From positions 38,136 to 70,135 of the forward strand of contig JBMFJD010000003.1 in NCBI GenBank assembly GCA_049974095.1: DNA of 32,000 nucleotides, given 5' to 3'. The notes beneath the pieces were generated by a model. The model was given only the letters and a program-made list of their open reading frames with translations, ran no database searches and was not told where the DNA came from. Position 1 is the stretch's first letter; every line of letters starts with the position of its first letter. This DNA is from Nanopusillaceae archaeon (GTDB taxonomy: Archaea > Nanobdellota > Nanobdellia > Nanobdellales > Nanobdellaceae). Shown piece after piece: positions 9,301 through 17,321 of the stretch. The position numbers were made by a program, and so were the translations under genes.

Positions 9301-9613
9301 TATCAAATGCTCTAATTTTTACTAATTCTTCTATTCTATCAGTTAATATATTTTCTGCCAATTTATATTTATATTCTATATCTTTATATAATCTATATGC
9401 TTTATCTAATTCATTTTTTTCTACCAAATCTTTAAATATTTCTCTTTCTTGTATAATTTCATTTAATAATTCTAATATGTCATCTTCTTTATAAGAAATT
9501 AATAATAATGCTTTAGCATCTTCATTCTCTATTTTTTTCAATAATTTTCTAGCATGTAATCTATATAAATATAGAAACATAGTAATATTGTTAACCATTT
9601 TGTCTATCTTCAT
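9281..9613 (-). CDS. Hypothetical helical/coiled-coil protein (110 aa)
   Basis: Only sizeable ORF in this interval, with protein-like composition. It overlaps the convergent phosphohexomutase 3' end by 20 nt. I recognise no motif. Confidence 0.4.
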   Translation of the reverse strand: MKIDKMVNNITMFLYLYRLHARKLLKKIENEDAKALLLISYKEDDILELLNEIIQEREIFKDLVEKNELDKAYRLYKDIEYKYKLAENILTDRIEELVKIRAFDIMKSNH

Positions 9614-9647
9614 AAATAATCATTATAAAAAATATTTATAAAAAGTA

Positions 9648-10919
9648 CTACCTTGTTATTCTAACACTATCCATTTCTTCCTTATATTTCTTCCCTGCCC
9701 CCTCATTAAAATATTTATATACAGGCTCCAGTTTTTGGGCTAACCAATTTCCAACAGCATTTTTTAAATCTAATGGATGAATTTTTCCCTCAATCCAATC
9801 TTTTCTTAGCTCCCACAATTTATCATATACTTTTCTTTCTCCAGTTTTTTGATTTATTATTTCAAACTCTACTTCTTCAAATGAATATTTATATAAATCA
9901 TTTGATTCTTTATTTGCATATTCATATATTTTTTCCCAATTTATTTTATTATTATTTTTTAATTCTTCATATAAATTATAATCAATCTTCTCTAATTCTT
10001 CAATTTTATATCCTTTTTCCAATAATATTTTTATTAATCCATAATTTTCTTGTCCTCTAAATATTAAATATTCTAATATTTCCCATATAGGATTAAATTC
10101 TGTTTCTTTTGCAGGACAAAATGCCTTCTTTATTTTTTCTTTTATTTCTTCTGGAGAATCATGTACAAATATTGCAGAACCTGGAATAGATTTTGACATT
10201 TTTAATTCAGATAATTCTTCTTTTGCTTCTCTTTTATTTCCTTCTTTTAATTTTTGAAATACTTCATATGATAATTGCAAATTTGTAATCAATTGATGAT
10301 GTAGAGCAATTAATGGATAATTTATCTTATCTGCATATTCTATTGCAATAACATGAGCTTTTCTCTGATCTATTCCTGCATGAGCTATATTTACTTTTTG
10401 AAACATTATATCTGCTGCCTGCATTAATGGATAAATTAAATAAGAAGATGGTATAGATTCTTCTGCTTTTCTTCCCATAATTGTTATAGATCTTAAAACT
10501 CTATTTAATGTAGTATTTTTTCCAATTTTTATTACTTCCATCCAATAATCATTATTATATATCTCTGATGCCAATACAAATTTCACTTTTTCTGGATCTC
10601 CACCTAACGCTTTTATACTATGTTTTAATGCTTCAGAGAAATATCCTCTAGCTACTTTTCTAATTATTTCAATATCTCCTCCTAATTTATTATTTATTAT
10701 AGAATGCCAATCTGCTAGAAATATATTTGCTTCTCCAAAATTTAAAATATCTATTATTTTATATCCTGAAACAATTCCTGTTCCTAAATGTACATATCCA
10801 GAAATTTCATATCCAATATAATGTTTAAATTTCTCTATTTTACTTGCTTTTTCATCTCCTAATACCTCTATACTTGGTTTTTTCCATAAAAGTAACCTTA
10901 TAATTTCTTTATCCATCAT
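9648..10919 (-). CDS. tyrS: Tyrosyl-tRNA synthetase (with lineage-specific insertions)
   Basis: YIGYEISGYVHLGTG is the HIGH region; also FLADWHS, YPLMQAADI, GIDQRK and KMSKS. HDSPEEIKEKIKKAFCPA...NPIWEI and KIHPLDLKNAVGNWLAQKLEPV closely parallel archaeal TyrRS as I recall the M. jannaschii enzyme. I prefer the ATG at 10919 over the track's TTG at 10961. Confidence 0.85.
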   Translation of the reverse strand: MMDKEIIRLLLWKKPSIEVLGDEKASKIEKFKHYIGYEISGYVHLGTGIVSGYKIIDILNFGEANIFLADWHSIINNKLGGDIEIIRKVARGYFSEALKHSIKALGGDPEKVKFVLASEIYNNDYWMEVIKIGKNTTLNRVLRSITIMGRKAEESIPSSYLIYPLMQAADIMFQKVNIAHAGIDQRKAHVIAIEYADKINYPLIALHHQLITNLQLSYEVFQKLKEGNKREAKEELSELKMSKSIPGSAIFVHDSPEEIKEKIKKAFCPAKETEFNPIWEILEYLIFRGQENYGLIKILLEKGYKIEELEKIDYNLYEELKNNNKINWEKIYEYANKESNDLYKYSFEEVEFEIINQKTGERKVYDKLWELRKDWIEGKIHPLDLKNAVGNWLAQKLEPVYKYFNEGAGKKYKEEMDSVRITR

Positions 10920-10999
10920 AATATAAAATAATAAAAGAATTTGCCTTTTCAATACCGACAACTTACCATTTCAAATAATTTTATTATAAAATTTAAAAA

Positions 11000-12685
11000 T
11001 TATATAGAAAAAGGTAATGCACTTGGGCCATTAATATAGAAGTTTTTCAATATTTCATATACTTCAAAGAAATCGAATATTTGCTCTTCGACCATTCTTT
11101 TCAATATTTTTGTTCTATATTCTAATATTTCATATATTTTTCTTTTATCATCGATTTTCATTAATGGAGCAATTTTCTTTTCTAATATATAACTATTATA
11201 TTTTCCAGAAAAAATATGTCTATCTCTTACACTATCCCATGAAAATACTCTTCTAACGGCAACTTTTTTCAATTCAGCAATATATTTTTCAATTTCATAT
11301 ATACTAACAACTCTCCTTTCCATTTTTCCTTTTATTGTTACAGTAGAAGTAAATACTGCAATATTTAAGTTATCTATAAATGTAATTGGGATATTAATTG
11401 GTTCTCCAGTTAATCTTTCTATTAATGATGTAATATTACCTGAGTGAAATGTTGTCATAACAGGATGACCTGTTTGCATTGCCTGAAATGCTACATATCC
11501 TTCTTTTCCTCTAATCTCACCTATCAGTATATAATTAGGTCTAGATCTTAATGCTGCTACTAATAAATCATACATTGATACATCTGCTGATCTTCCTACT
11601 TCTCTAGTTACTAATCTTTGCCATATTTTATGAGGAATATTTAATTCTGGAGTATCTTCTACAGAATATACTTTTGCATCAGGTTTAATAAATGTAGCTA
11701 AAGCATTTAGTAATGTAGTTTTTCCTGAAGCTGTTTCTCCAGATACAACAATATTCATTCCATTTTCAATAGCTAACCATAAATAAGCAGCTTCTTCTGG
11801 AGATATTGTTCCAAAAGATATTAATTGTGTTATACTTAATGGTTTTGCAGAGAATTTTCTAATTGTAAATGAGGAACCATGGAGAGAAATATCTTTTCCA
11901 TAAATAAAATTAACTCTTGATCCATCTGGTAAGATTGCATCTACAATTGGTCTTGTTTCTGAAATAGGTCTATCTACAATTTCAGAATATTTTATAATAT
12001 ATTTATTTAATTGTATCTCATCTTCAAATTTTCTATTTGTTTTCAGCATTCCAAATATTTTATGAACAACATATATTGGACCAAGACCTAAAATATGAAC
12101 ATCTTCTAGATATGGATCTCTTAAAAATGGTTCTAAAAATCCATATCCAAATCTTTCTCTTATTAAGAAATATAATAATTTATCGTATTCTTCCTTATTT
12201 CTAATATAAACTTTATCAGAAAATAAAGATCTTTTTCCAACTTCTACAACTTTATTAAATAAATCTATTACTGTTTTCTTTACTTCTTCTATATTATTTA
12301 AATCTATATTTTCTACAGCATATTTTACAATTTTTGTTTGTATTTTTTCTAATTTTTCTTCTTCTTCTTTTGTTAATTCTGGTTCTATTACATTATAATA
12401 TATTTCTCCAGTAGGTAATTTATATACATGGATAAATATTGGGTCCCCAACAGGATATAAAATATTGAATTCTTCTTTAGATTTTAAAGAATAATCTAAT
12501 GATGTTCTCCATTCTGGTAAACCAATTTTTCTTGATATATCATTTATATAATTTCTTAAATGAGAATATTTTGCTAATGCTTCATTAAAATCTTCTGTTG
12601 TTTCAATATTAATAACATTTGTTTTTTCTCTTTTTATTATATATTCTTGATTGTTTTCTAATTTTTGTATTTGTTCCTCAGGCAT
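11000..12685 (-). CDS. flaI: Archaellum assembly/motor ATPase FlaI (ArlI), type II/IV secretion ATPase family
   Basis: 561 aa. Walker A VVSGETASGKTTLLNAL, plus RPNYILIGEIRG and QTGHPVMTTFH. Its ATG shares 1 nt with the flaH stop (TAATG). Confidence 0.9.
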   Translation of the reverse strand: MPEEQIQKLENNQEYIIKREKTNVINIETTEDFNEALAKYSHLRNYINDISRKIGLPEWRTSLDYSLKSKEEFNILYPVGDPIFIHVYKLPTGEIYYNVIEPELTKEEEEKLEKIQTKIVKYAVENIDLNNIEEVKKTVIDLFNKVVEVGKRSLFSDKVYIRNKEEYDKLLYFLIRERFGYGFLEPFLRDPYLEDVHILGLGPIYVVHKIFGMLKTNRKFEDEIQLNKYIIKYSEIVDRPISETRPIVDAILPDGSRVNFIYGKDISLHGSSFTIRKFSAKPLSITQLISFGTISPEEAAYLWLAIENGMNIVVSGETASGKTTLLNALATFIKPDAKVYSVEDTPELNIPHKIWQRLVTREVGRSADVSMYDLLVAALRSRPNYILIGEIRGKEGYVAFQAMQTGHPVMTTFHSGNITSLIERLTGEPINIPITFIDNLNIAVFTSTVTIKGKMERRVVSIYEIEKYIAELKKVAVRRVFSWDSVRDRHIFSGKYNSYILEKKIAPLMKIDDKRKIYEILEYRTKILKRMVEEQIFDFFEVYEILKNFYINGPSALPFSI

Positions 12686-13389
12686 TATACATATGACGAT
12701 ATCTCAATTATTAGGCCTATATTTGGCTCTACCCTAAATGGTATTATATTATTATATATTCCTCTAGGATACCTAAATCTTTTTACTTCAATTATTTTTA
12801 ACATTGATCCTTCTTCTAAAGAGCTATATCTTAAGTTGAAATATATATCTGCAACCCTTCTAATATTTTTTACAAAGAATTCATTTATTTCTGCTGAATT
12901 ATATGTAACAACAATTGTTTTATTCATATCTTTTATTTTGCTTAAGAACTCTATTAATTTAACAGAATCCATCTTATTTAAACCATTTATTAATGGATAC
13001 GATAATGAATCTACTATAATTAATTCGCTTTCAAATATTTTTCTAGCTTTTTCTTTTGTTAATTCAAATATTAAATTCTCTCTTTCTTTTATTCTTCCAA
13101 ACATATTTAATGTTGGAATAAATAATAATTTATTATTTAATAAATAATCTTTTACATCATATCCTAAAGATTCCATTTGCCTTATAAAATCTACAATAGA
13201 TAATTCTGTAGAAATATATGTTACTTTATGATTATTTGATAATGCGCCATATAATATTCTTTGACATACAATACTTTTTCCTGCTCCATCCTCTCCTTCA
13301 ATAATAAATAAACTACTTTTAGGAATTGCTCCTCCTAATCTATCTGCAAATTCATCTCTATCTAAATATACTTCAATATACTCTACCAT
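12685..13389 (-). CDS. flaH: Archaellum protein FlaH (ArlH), RecA/KaiC-like ATPase
   Basis: 234 aa. Walker A IIEGEDGAGKS. Its size and its position immediately upstream of flaI fit FlaH. Confidence 0.85.
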   Translation of the reverse strand: MVEYIEVYLDRDEFADRLGGAIPKSSLFIIEGEDGAGKSIVCQRILYGALSNNHKVTYISTELSIVDFIRQMESLGYDVKDYLLNNKLLFIPTLNMFGRIKERENLIFELTKEKARKIFESELIIVDSLSYPLINGLNKMDSVKLIEFLSKIKDMNKTIVVTYNSAEINEFFVKNIRRVADIYFNLRYSSLEEGSMLKIIEVKRFRYPRGIYNNIIPFRVEPNIGLIIEISSYV

Positions 13390-13390
13390 T

Positions 13391-13774
13391 TTACGTAATT
13401 ATATAATTATAAGATTGGCCATTACAATATTCAATTGTTATATTGCTTCCTGCATTTACATTTTCACTTACATTTAGTTCTAATGTATATTGATTTATTA
13501 CTTTATATGAAAAATTAGCTGGAATATTATTTATTTCTATTTTATTTATACAAACATTTTTTTGTTGATTTTGAATTAAATATAAGATAGAGTAATCATT
13601 AAAATTTTCTTCATTTATTATATAACTACCTGGGGATGCATAATTTGTATTTGTAATATTTTCCACTTCTCTTGCTATAATTTTTCCTGCTGAACTATAA
13701 AATGAGTAAAAAACTTGTAGAACAAAAAATCCAACTAAAAATAAGATTGTCAAATAAATTAATTCTCTAATCAT
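13391..13774 (-). CDS. FlaG/FlaF-like archaellum accessory protein (N-terminal TM anchor + beta-rich domain)
   Basis: 127 aa with a single N-terminal TM helix (LIYLTILFLVGFFVLQVF). It sits between the FlaD/E-like gene and flaH, where flaG lies in euryarchaeal-type operons. The assignment is by position and architecture only. Confidence 0.45.
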   Translation of the reverse strand: MIRELIYLTILFLVGFFVLQVFYSFYSSAGKIIAREVENITNTNYASPGSYIINEENFNDYSILYLIQNQQKNVCINKIEINNIPANFSYKVINQYTLELNVSENVNAGSNITIEYCNGQSYNYIIT

Positions 13775-14495
13775 TTTTTACTGGAGATATATATCCTTTT
13801 TCAACTAGCTCCCTATATAAATCTTTCAATCTTTCTATGTTTTCTTCTCCTCTTAATTGAGATATCTTTGATATTATATATAAACTTACAAGATGATCCA
13901 TTGGTGTTAATTTTTTATTTTCCTCTTCTATTCCAACCAATCCATTTAAATATTCTTTTAATTTTATTTTTACTTTCTCATTTATCCAATTTATATCCTC
14001 ATAATAATCCAATGCTTTCTCCACTTCTTCAACATTTGACTTCTTTAATAAAAATGATAACCAACCTACAACAATTGATGCAACGGTCGGATTATCATCT
14101 AAAACTTCTAATGGAAGTATTTTATTTTCTATTTCTTCTACATTTTCTACATTAATTTTTTCTTTAATCTCTTTTTCCTCTTCAACAAATGGATTATAAT
14201 TCTTTATTAATATTTCATAAATAGAAAATATTTTTTCCATATTATTTTTTATATTATTTATTTCATTTTGATTTGTCTCTACTCTTTCATTTAAATCAGA
14301 AAACCTATTTGAAATATCTGTAACTTTATTTTCAAGATCTCTTATAGATTTAGCCAAACCTTCGATTGAATTAGCTATACTTTTTATTTCAGAATCATAA
14401 TTTATTGTTGAAGAATTATTTACTGGTTGTTGAACAGATATAAAATTCGTTTCATCTTCTTTACTTTTTTTAAATATCTTTGAAAACATACTCAT
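13767..14495 (-). CDS. flaD: FlaD/FlaE-family archaellum protein (ArlD/E)
   Basis: 242 aa. An N-terminal coiled coil is followed by LPLEVLDDNPTVASIVVGWLSFLLKKSNVEEVEKALDYYEDINWINEKVKIKLKEYLNG. This matches the FlaD/E domain pattern (...WL.FL.....ga...L.YYe.igWIse.v...L..yl.G). Confidence 0.7.
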   Translation of the reverse strand: MSMFSKIFKKSKEDETNFISVQQPVNNSSTINYDSEIKSIANSIEGLAKSIRDLENKVTDISNRFSDLNERVETNQNEINNIKNNMEKIFSIYEILIKNYNPFVEEEKEIKEKINVENVEEIENKILPLEVLDDNPTVASIVVGWLSFLLKKSNVEEVEKALDYYEDINWINEKVKIKLKEYLNGLVGIEEENKKLTPMDHLVSLYIISKISQLRGEENIERLKDLYRELVEKGYISPVKND

Positions 14496-14557
14496 ATTTT
14501 AATAAAGTACTCGTATAAATATAAATCTTATAATTTTATTGATTATCAATATTGATT

Positions 14558-15190
14558 ATGATAACAAAAAAAGCAAATAATATAGAAATTCCATCTATAG
14601 GATTAGTTTTACATTTATTTGATGATTTCATGATTACAAGTAAAAAAGAAGAAAAAAATATTGAAAAAATGGGAATAGATATAAAGAAATATTATATTAA
14701 CTCTACTATAATCTCTCCATATTTCATAGAATATGAAGGAAAAATATTTATTAGCAAAAATTCTCCAGAAGAATTAAAAAATATATTAAAAGAAAAATTT
14801 GATATTGTTGAAGTGGACACTATAGAAAATTTAATAGGAAATATTTATTTAATAGGAAAAAATGGAATAATATATTCTAGAGGAAAAGAAAAAGATGTTG
14901 AATTATTAAGTAAAAAATTATCTCTACCAGCATACAAAATTAAAGCAAAATATTTGATTGGAAGTATATCAAAAGTATATAAAAATAAACTTATGATTTC
15001 ACAGGAACTAAATGATAAAATAATAAAGAAAATTGAAGAAATAACAGGATATAAAATAGATGTAGGATCTATAAACTTTGGTAGTCCATATCTAAGATAT
15101 GGGATTGAAATAAATAAAGACTATATAATCATAGGGAAATATAGTACTGGACATGAAATTGTTAAGATTGAAGAGTTTTTTTCTGATTAG
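14558..15190 (+). CDS. eif6: Translation initiation factor 6 (aIF6/eIF6)
   Basis: Pentein-like repeats: IPSIGLVLHLFDD, NLIGNIYLIGKNGIIYS, and GSINFGSPYLRYGIEINKDYIIIGKYSTGHEIVKIEEFF (compare the aIF6 C-terminus GT.N.G...VG...iaN..G..vG..TtG.El..ie). I prefer the ATG at 14558 over the TTG at 14552. Confidence 0.72.
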   Translation: MITKKANNIEIPSIGLVLHLFDDFMITSKKEEKNIEKMGIDIKKYYINSTIISPYFIEYEGKIFISKNSPEELKNILKEKFDIVEVDTIENLIGNIYLIGKNGIIYSRGKEKDVELLSKKLSLPAYKIKAKYLIGSISKVYKNKLMISQELNDKIIKKIEEITGYKIDVGSINFGSPYLRYGIEINKDYIIIGKYSTGHEIVKIEEFFSD

Positions 15191-15500
15191 TTATTTCTGA
15201 TATTTTTTTATTTATATTATCTAATTCTTGATTTAATTTATTTAAAACATCTTCTACCATCTTTAATACTTCTTCTTTATTTTTTTCAACAAAAATATTT
15301 CTTCCAGCATTTATTAATAAAGTACTATCATCTAAAATTGATCCTTTTACAAATATATATCCACCTAAATTAATGTACGTTTGATCCTGTTTTTTTAAGT
15401 CATTCAAATATTGCTTTATAAGAGAATACTCTACAATTCTTTTTTCAATTTCTTCTTTTTGCTGATATAAATATTCTAATATTTCATCATAATTCTCCAT
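15162..15500 (-). CDS. pfdA: Prefoldin alpha subunit
   Basis: 112 aa. Coiled coils flank a double beta-hairpin, YINLGGYIFVKGSILDDSTLLINAGRNIFVEKNKEEV (pattern vplG.g.fvkg.i.d...vlvniGag..vEk..eeA). It lies downstream of the LX gene, as in many archaea. Confidence 0.72.
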   Translation of the reverse strand: MENYDEILEYLYQQKEEIEKRIVEYSLIKQYLNDLKKQDQTYINLGGYIFVKGSILDDSTLLINAGRNIFVEKNKEEVLKMVEDVLNKLNQELDNINKKISEITNQKKTLQS

Positions 15501-15783
15501 TTTTCATTAATTCTATTAATTTCTTTAAACTTTTATCTCTAATATCTTCTTCTTTTATTTCTTCAATCTTTATTATTTTTATTCTATTTCTTTTTACCTT
15601 ATATAAACTTCCAAATATTGAATATAATTTTTCCAATATATCTTTTTCGCTTGTTCCTAATAATTCTTTTACAAATTTATATTTTATTTTTCTTTTTGTT
15701 ATTTTACCTTCCTTTTTTCTAGATCTTCTAATTATTTTTATTTTTTCAATTTCTCCTTCAACTCTATATATTTTTACATCCAT
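15487..15783 (-). CDS. rplX: 50S ribosomal protein LX (L18Ae/eL20 family)
   Basis: MDVKIYRVEGEI....ILEKLYSIFGSLYKVKRNRIKIIKIEEI matches the LX pattern (k.fRv.G......A.E.vYs.lGS.Hk.kR..I.I..v.EI). A start at the ATG at 15783 removes the overlap with rpl3. Confidence 0.7.
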   Translation of the reverse strand: MDVKIYRVEGEIEKIKIIRRSRKKEGKITKRKIKYKFVKELLGTSEKDILEKLYSIFGSLYKVKRNRIKIIKIEEIKEEDIRDKSLKKLIELMKNGEL

Positions 15784-15784
15784 T

Positions 15785-16762
15785 TTAATTTTTAGGAACA
15801 AAAGATATATATTCAATATTTACCTTTTCAGGATTCCTTCTTGGTCTTATTGCTTTTCTCAATATTATCAATCTTTTTGAAGGTCCTTGTACAGATCCCT
15901 TTAAGATTATATATTTTGATTTTATAATTCCATAATGTGGCCATCCAGATTTTGGATTTATCTCTTCAGGTTTATCAGATATCTTTATTATTAATTTATT
16001 ATATTCTGTTCTTCTAAAGAATCCATATTGACCTGGCATAGGAGTTGTTGGAAATATTCTGTGCATACCTCTTGCCCCTCTTGCAGATGCATGTCTTGGA
16101 GATTTTCCATGTTTATGCTCTCTGGGTTGTATCTTTACTCTAAATCTTTTTACTTCTCCTTGAAATCCTCTTCCTTTTGTAACTCCAATTGTATCTATAT
16201 ATTCTCCCTCTTTAAATACATCTGTTATATTTATTTCTTTTCCCAGAATATTTTTAGCATAATTAAATATTTCTTTTATATTATTTCCTCCAATTGGTAT
16301 TTCAAATATTTCAGATTTCTTTTTCTTTAATCCAGTTAACCAAGGTTGAGTATGAACTATCAATTTAATTAGAGAAACTTTATCTAAAATATTTTCTGCA
16401 TCCTGTAGATCTTTCTCTAAATCATCATTTGGTTCTAATGTTTTTACCTTTCTTTTTACATTTGAATCAATATTATTTGAAATTATGTCTTTTAATGCTA
16501 AACTTCCCTTATTTATATCTTTTTTATATAATCTAAATCCTAGAATCTTTAATGGGGGAACTTCTAATATTGTAACTGGGATAAACTTGCTATCTGTGGA
16601 AATTATATGCGTCATTCCAACTTTATATCCAGCAAATGCAACAGGCTGTATATTATCAATCTCTGGCCAACTTTTTATCTCAGGATAAATTCTTTTAGCT
16701 CTTACTCTAGGCCAAAATTGCATAGATACACTTCTTGGTTTATGTCTACCATGCTGTGGCAT
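15785..16762 (-). CDS. rpl3: 50S ribosomal protein L3 (uL3)
   Basis: 325 aa. The archaeal L3 N-terminus HGRHKPRSVSMQFWPRVRAKR, then FAGYKVGMTHI, GVTKGRGFQG and PMPGQYGFFRRTEYNK. Confidence 0.92.
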   Translation of the reverse strand: MPQHGRHKPRSVSMQFWPRVRAKRIYPEIKSWPEIDNIQPVAFAGYKVGMTHIISTDSKFIPVTILEVPPLKILGFRLYKKDINKGSLALKDIISNNIDSNVKRKVKTLEPNDDLEKDLQDAENILDKVSLIKLIVHTQPWLTGLKKKKSEIFEIPIGGNNIKEIFNYAKNILGKEINITDVFKEGEYIDTIGVTKGRGFQGEVKRFRVKIQPREHKHGKSPRHASARGARGMHRIFPTTPMPGQYGFFRRTEYNKLIIKISDKPEEINPKSGWPHYGIIKSKYIILKGSVQGPSKRLIILRKAIRPRRNPEKVNIEYISFVPKN

Positions 16763-16815
16763 TGATTATTATGTTCTAAAAATTCTTTTAAATTTTCTAA
16801 AAATTTTAATAGATG

Positions 16816-16886
16816 GGGGCCGTAGGCTAGTGGAAGGCTACTGGGTTTGGGTCCCAGGGATCGGGGTTCGAATCCCCGCGGCCCCA
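16816..16886 (+). tRNA. tRNA-Pro (anticodon UGG)
   Basis: Hand-folded cloverleaf. Acceptor GGGGCCG/CGGCCCC, D arm GGCU-agtggaa-GGCU (with G-U pairs), anticodon arm CTGGG-ttTGGgt-CCCAG, 4-nt variable loop, T arm CGGGG-ttcgaat-CCCCG, discriminator A. No encoded CCA. It is a GC-rich island, with a TATA-like TTTTAAAT about 26 nt upstream. Confidence 0.9.
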
Positions 16887-16940
16887 TATGTACTACTATA
16901 AAGTTATAAACCTTATAAACATAAGAATAAAAATATCATT

Positions 16941-17213
16941 ATGATAATAACTTTGCTTATGCTTGAATTTTTAACAATTATTACATTTATTTTATTATCT
17001 TTAGCAATGATAAAGAATTTAAAAGTAGGATTATTATTTTTATTATTAATTACTTTAGCTTTTTTGACAGGTTTACCATTATTTATAATTTATATAGGAA
17101 TTATTTTGTTAACAGTAGGACTAATATTCTACTTTTTATTAGATTTTATAGTTATTTCTTCAATAGTTCTGGGAATAATTTTAATTCTAATATTTATTTT
17201 TCATTTTTTATAA
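16941..17213 (+). CDS. Small integral membrane protein (90 aa, about 3 TM helices)
   Basis: Almost entirely hydrophobic (I/L/F/T/G) in three helix-length blocks. It lies in an otherwise empty gap between the two tRNAs. I recognise no family. Confidence 0.4.
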   Translation: MIITLLMLEFLTIITFILLSLAMIKNLKVGLLFLLLITLAFLTGLPLFIIYIGIILLTVGLIFYFLLDFIVISSIVLGIILILIFIFHFL

Positions 17214-17236
17214 ACTTTTTAACTTAAAATATATTT

Positions 17237-17285
17237 ATGAAGAAGCAAGGCATTTCTGAAAAATGATGAGACATCGATGTACAGA
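17237..17285 (+). ncRNA. C/D box sRNA (2'-O-methylation guide)
   Basis: AUGAAGA (17237-17243), 12 nt agcaaggcattt, CUGA (17256-17259), aaa, AUGAUGA (17263-17269), 12 nt gacatcgatgta, CAGA (17282-17285). This is the same 7-12-4-3-7-12-4 layout as the sRNA at 7715. A TATA-like TTTTATAAA lies at 17206-17214, about 25 nt upstream. The 3' end is 36 nt upstream of tRNA-Arg. Confidence 0.75.
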
Positions 17286-17321
17286 TAAATTTATAATAAA
17301 AATAATAAAAGATATGATATT

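Noticed and set aside
10920-10961. Upstream TTG starts given by the ORF track for tyrS (10961), eif6 (14552) and the 25008 ORF, and the extended starts for rpl31e (1130), rplX (15816), the DHH protein (5511) and the 5585 ORF.
   Set aside because: In each case a downstream ATG matches where the conserved family sequence begins, and it removes an overlap with a neighbouring gene or promoter. The N-terminal extensions are hydrophobic or low-complexity read-through of intergenic AT-rich DNA.
12665-13147. A 160-aa + strand ORF, plus similar 61-160 aa ORFs at 976-1161, 1795-1998, 2760-2960, 3365-4222 (five ORFs), 5236-5523, 7474-7695, 9773-10060, 13868-14155, 16028-16330, 16485-16688, 20536-21018, 26027-26242, 27618-27824 and 29306-29506.
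   Set aside because: All lie antisense to, and wholly inside, genes with strong family motifs. Their F/L/I/S/Y-rich low-complexity composition is what the reverse complement of K/E/N-rich coding sequence produces. They are shadow ORFs.
14538-14558. Overlapping short palindromes and direct repeats in the flaD/eif6 divergent region: ATTGATTA twice, TTGAT-t-ATCAA, and TCAATATTGA.
   Set aside because: These are pure A/T-dominated 5-10-mers that overlap the eif6 start codon. In DNA of this composition such symmetry is expected by chance, so I do not call it an operator.
16702-16887. A 61-aa minus-strand ORF (MGPRGFEPRSLGPKPSS...).
   Set aside because: It is the antisense read-through of tRNA-Pro. 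Its atypical G/P/R-rich composition derives from the GC-rich tRNA sequence.
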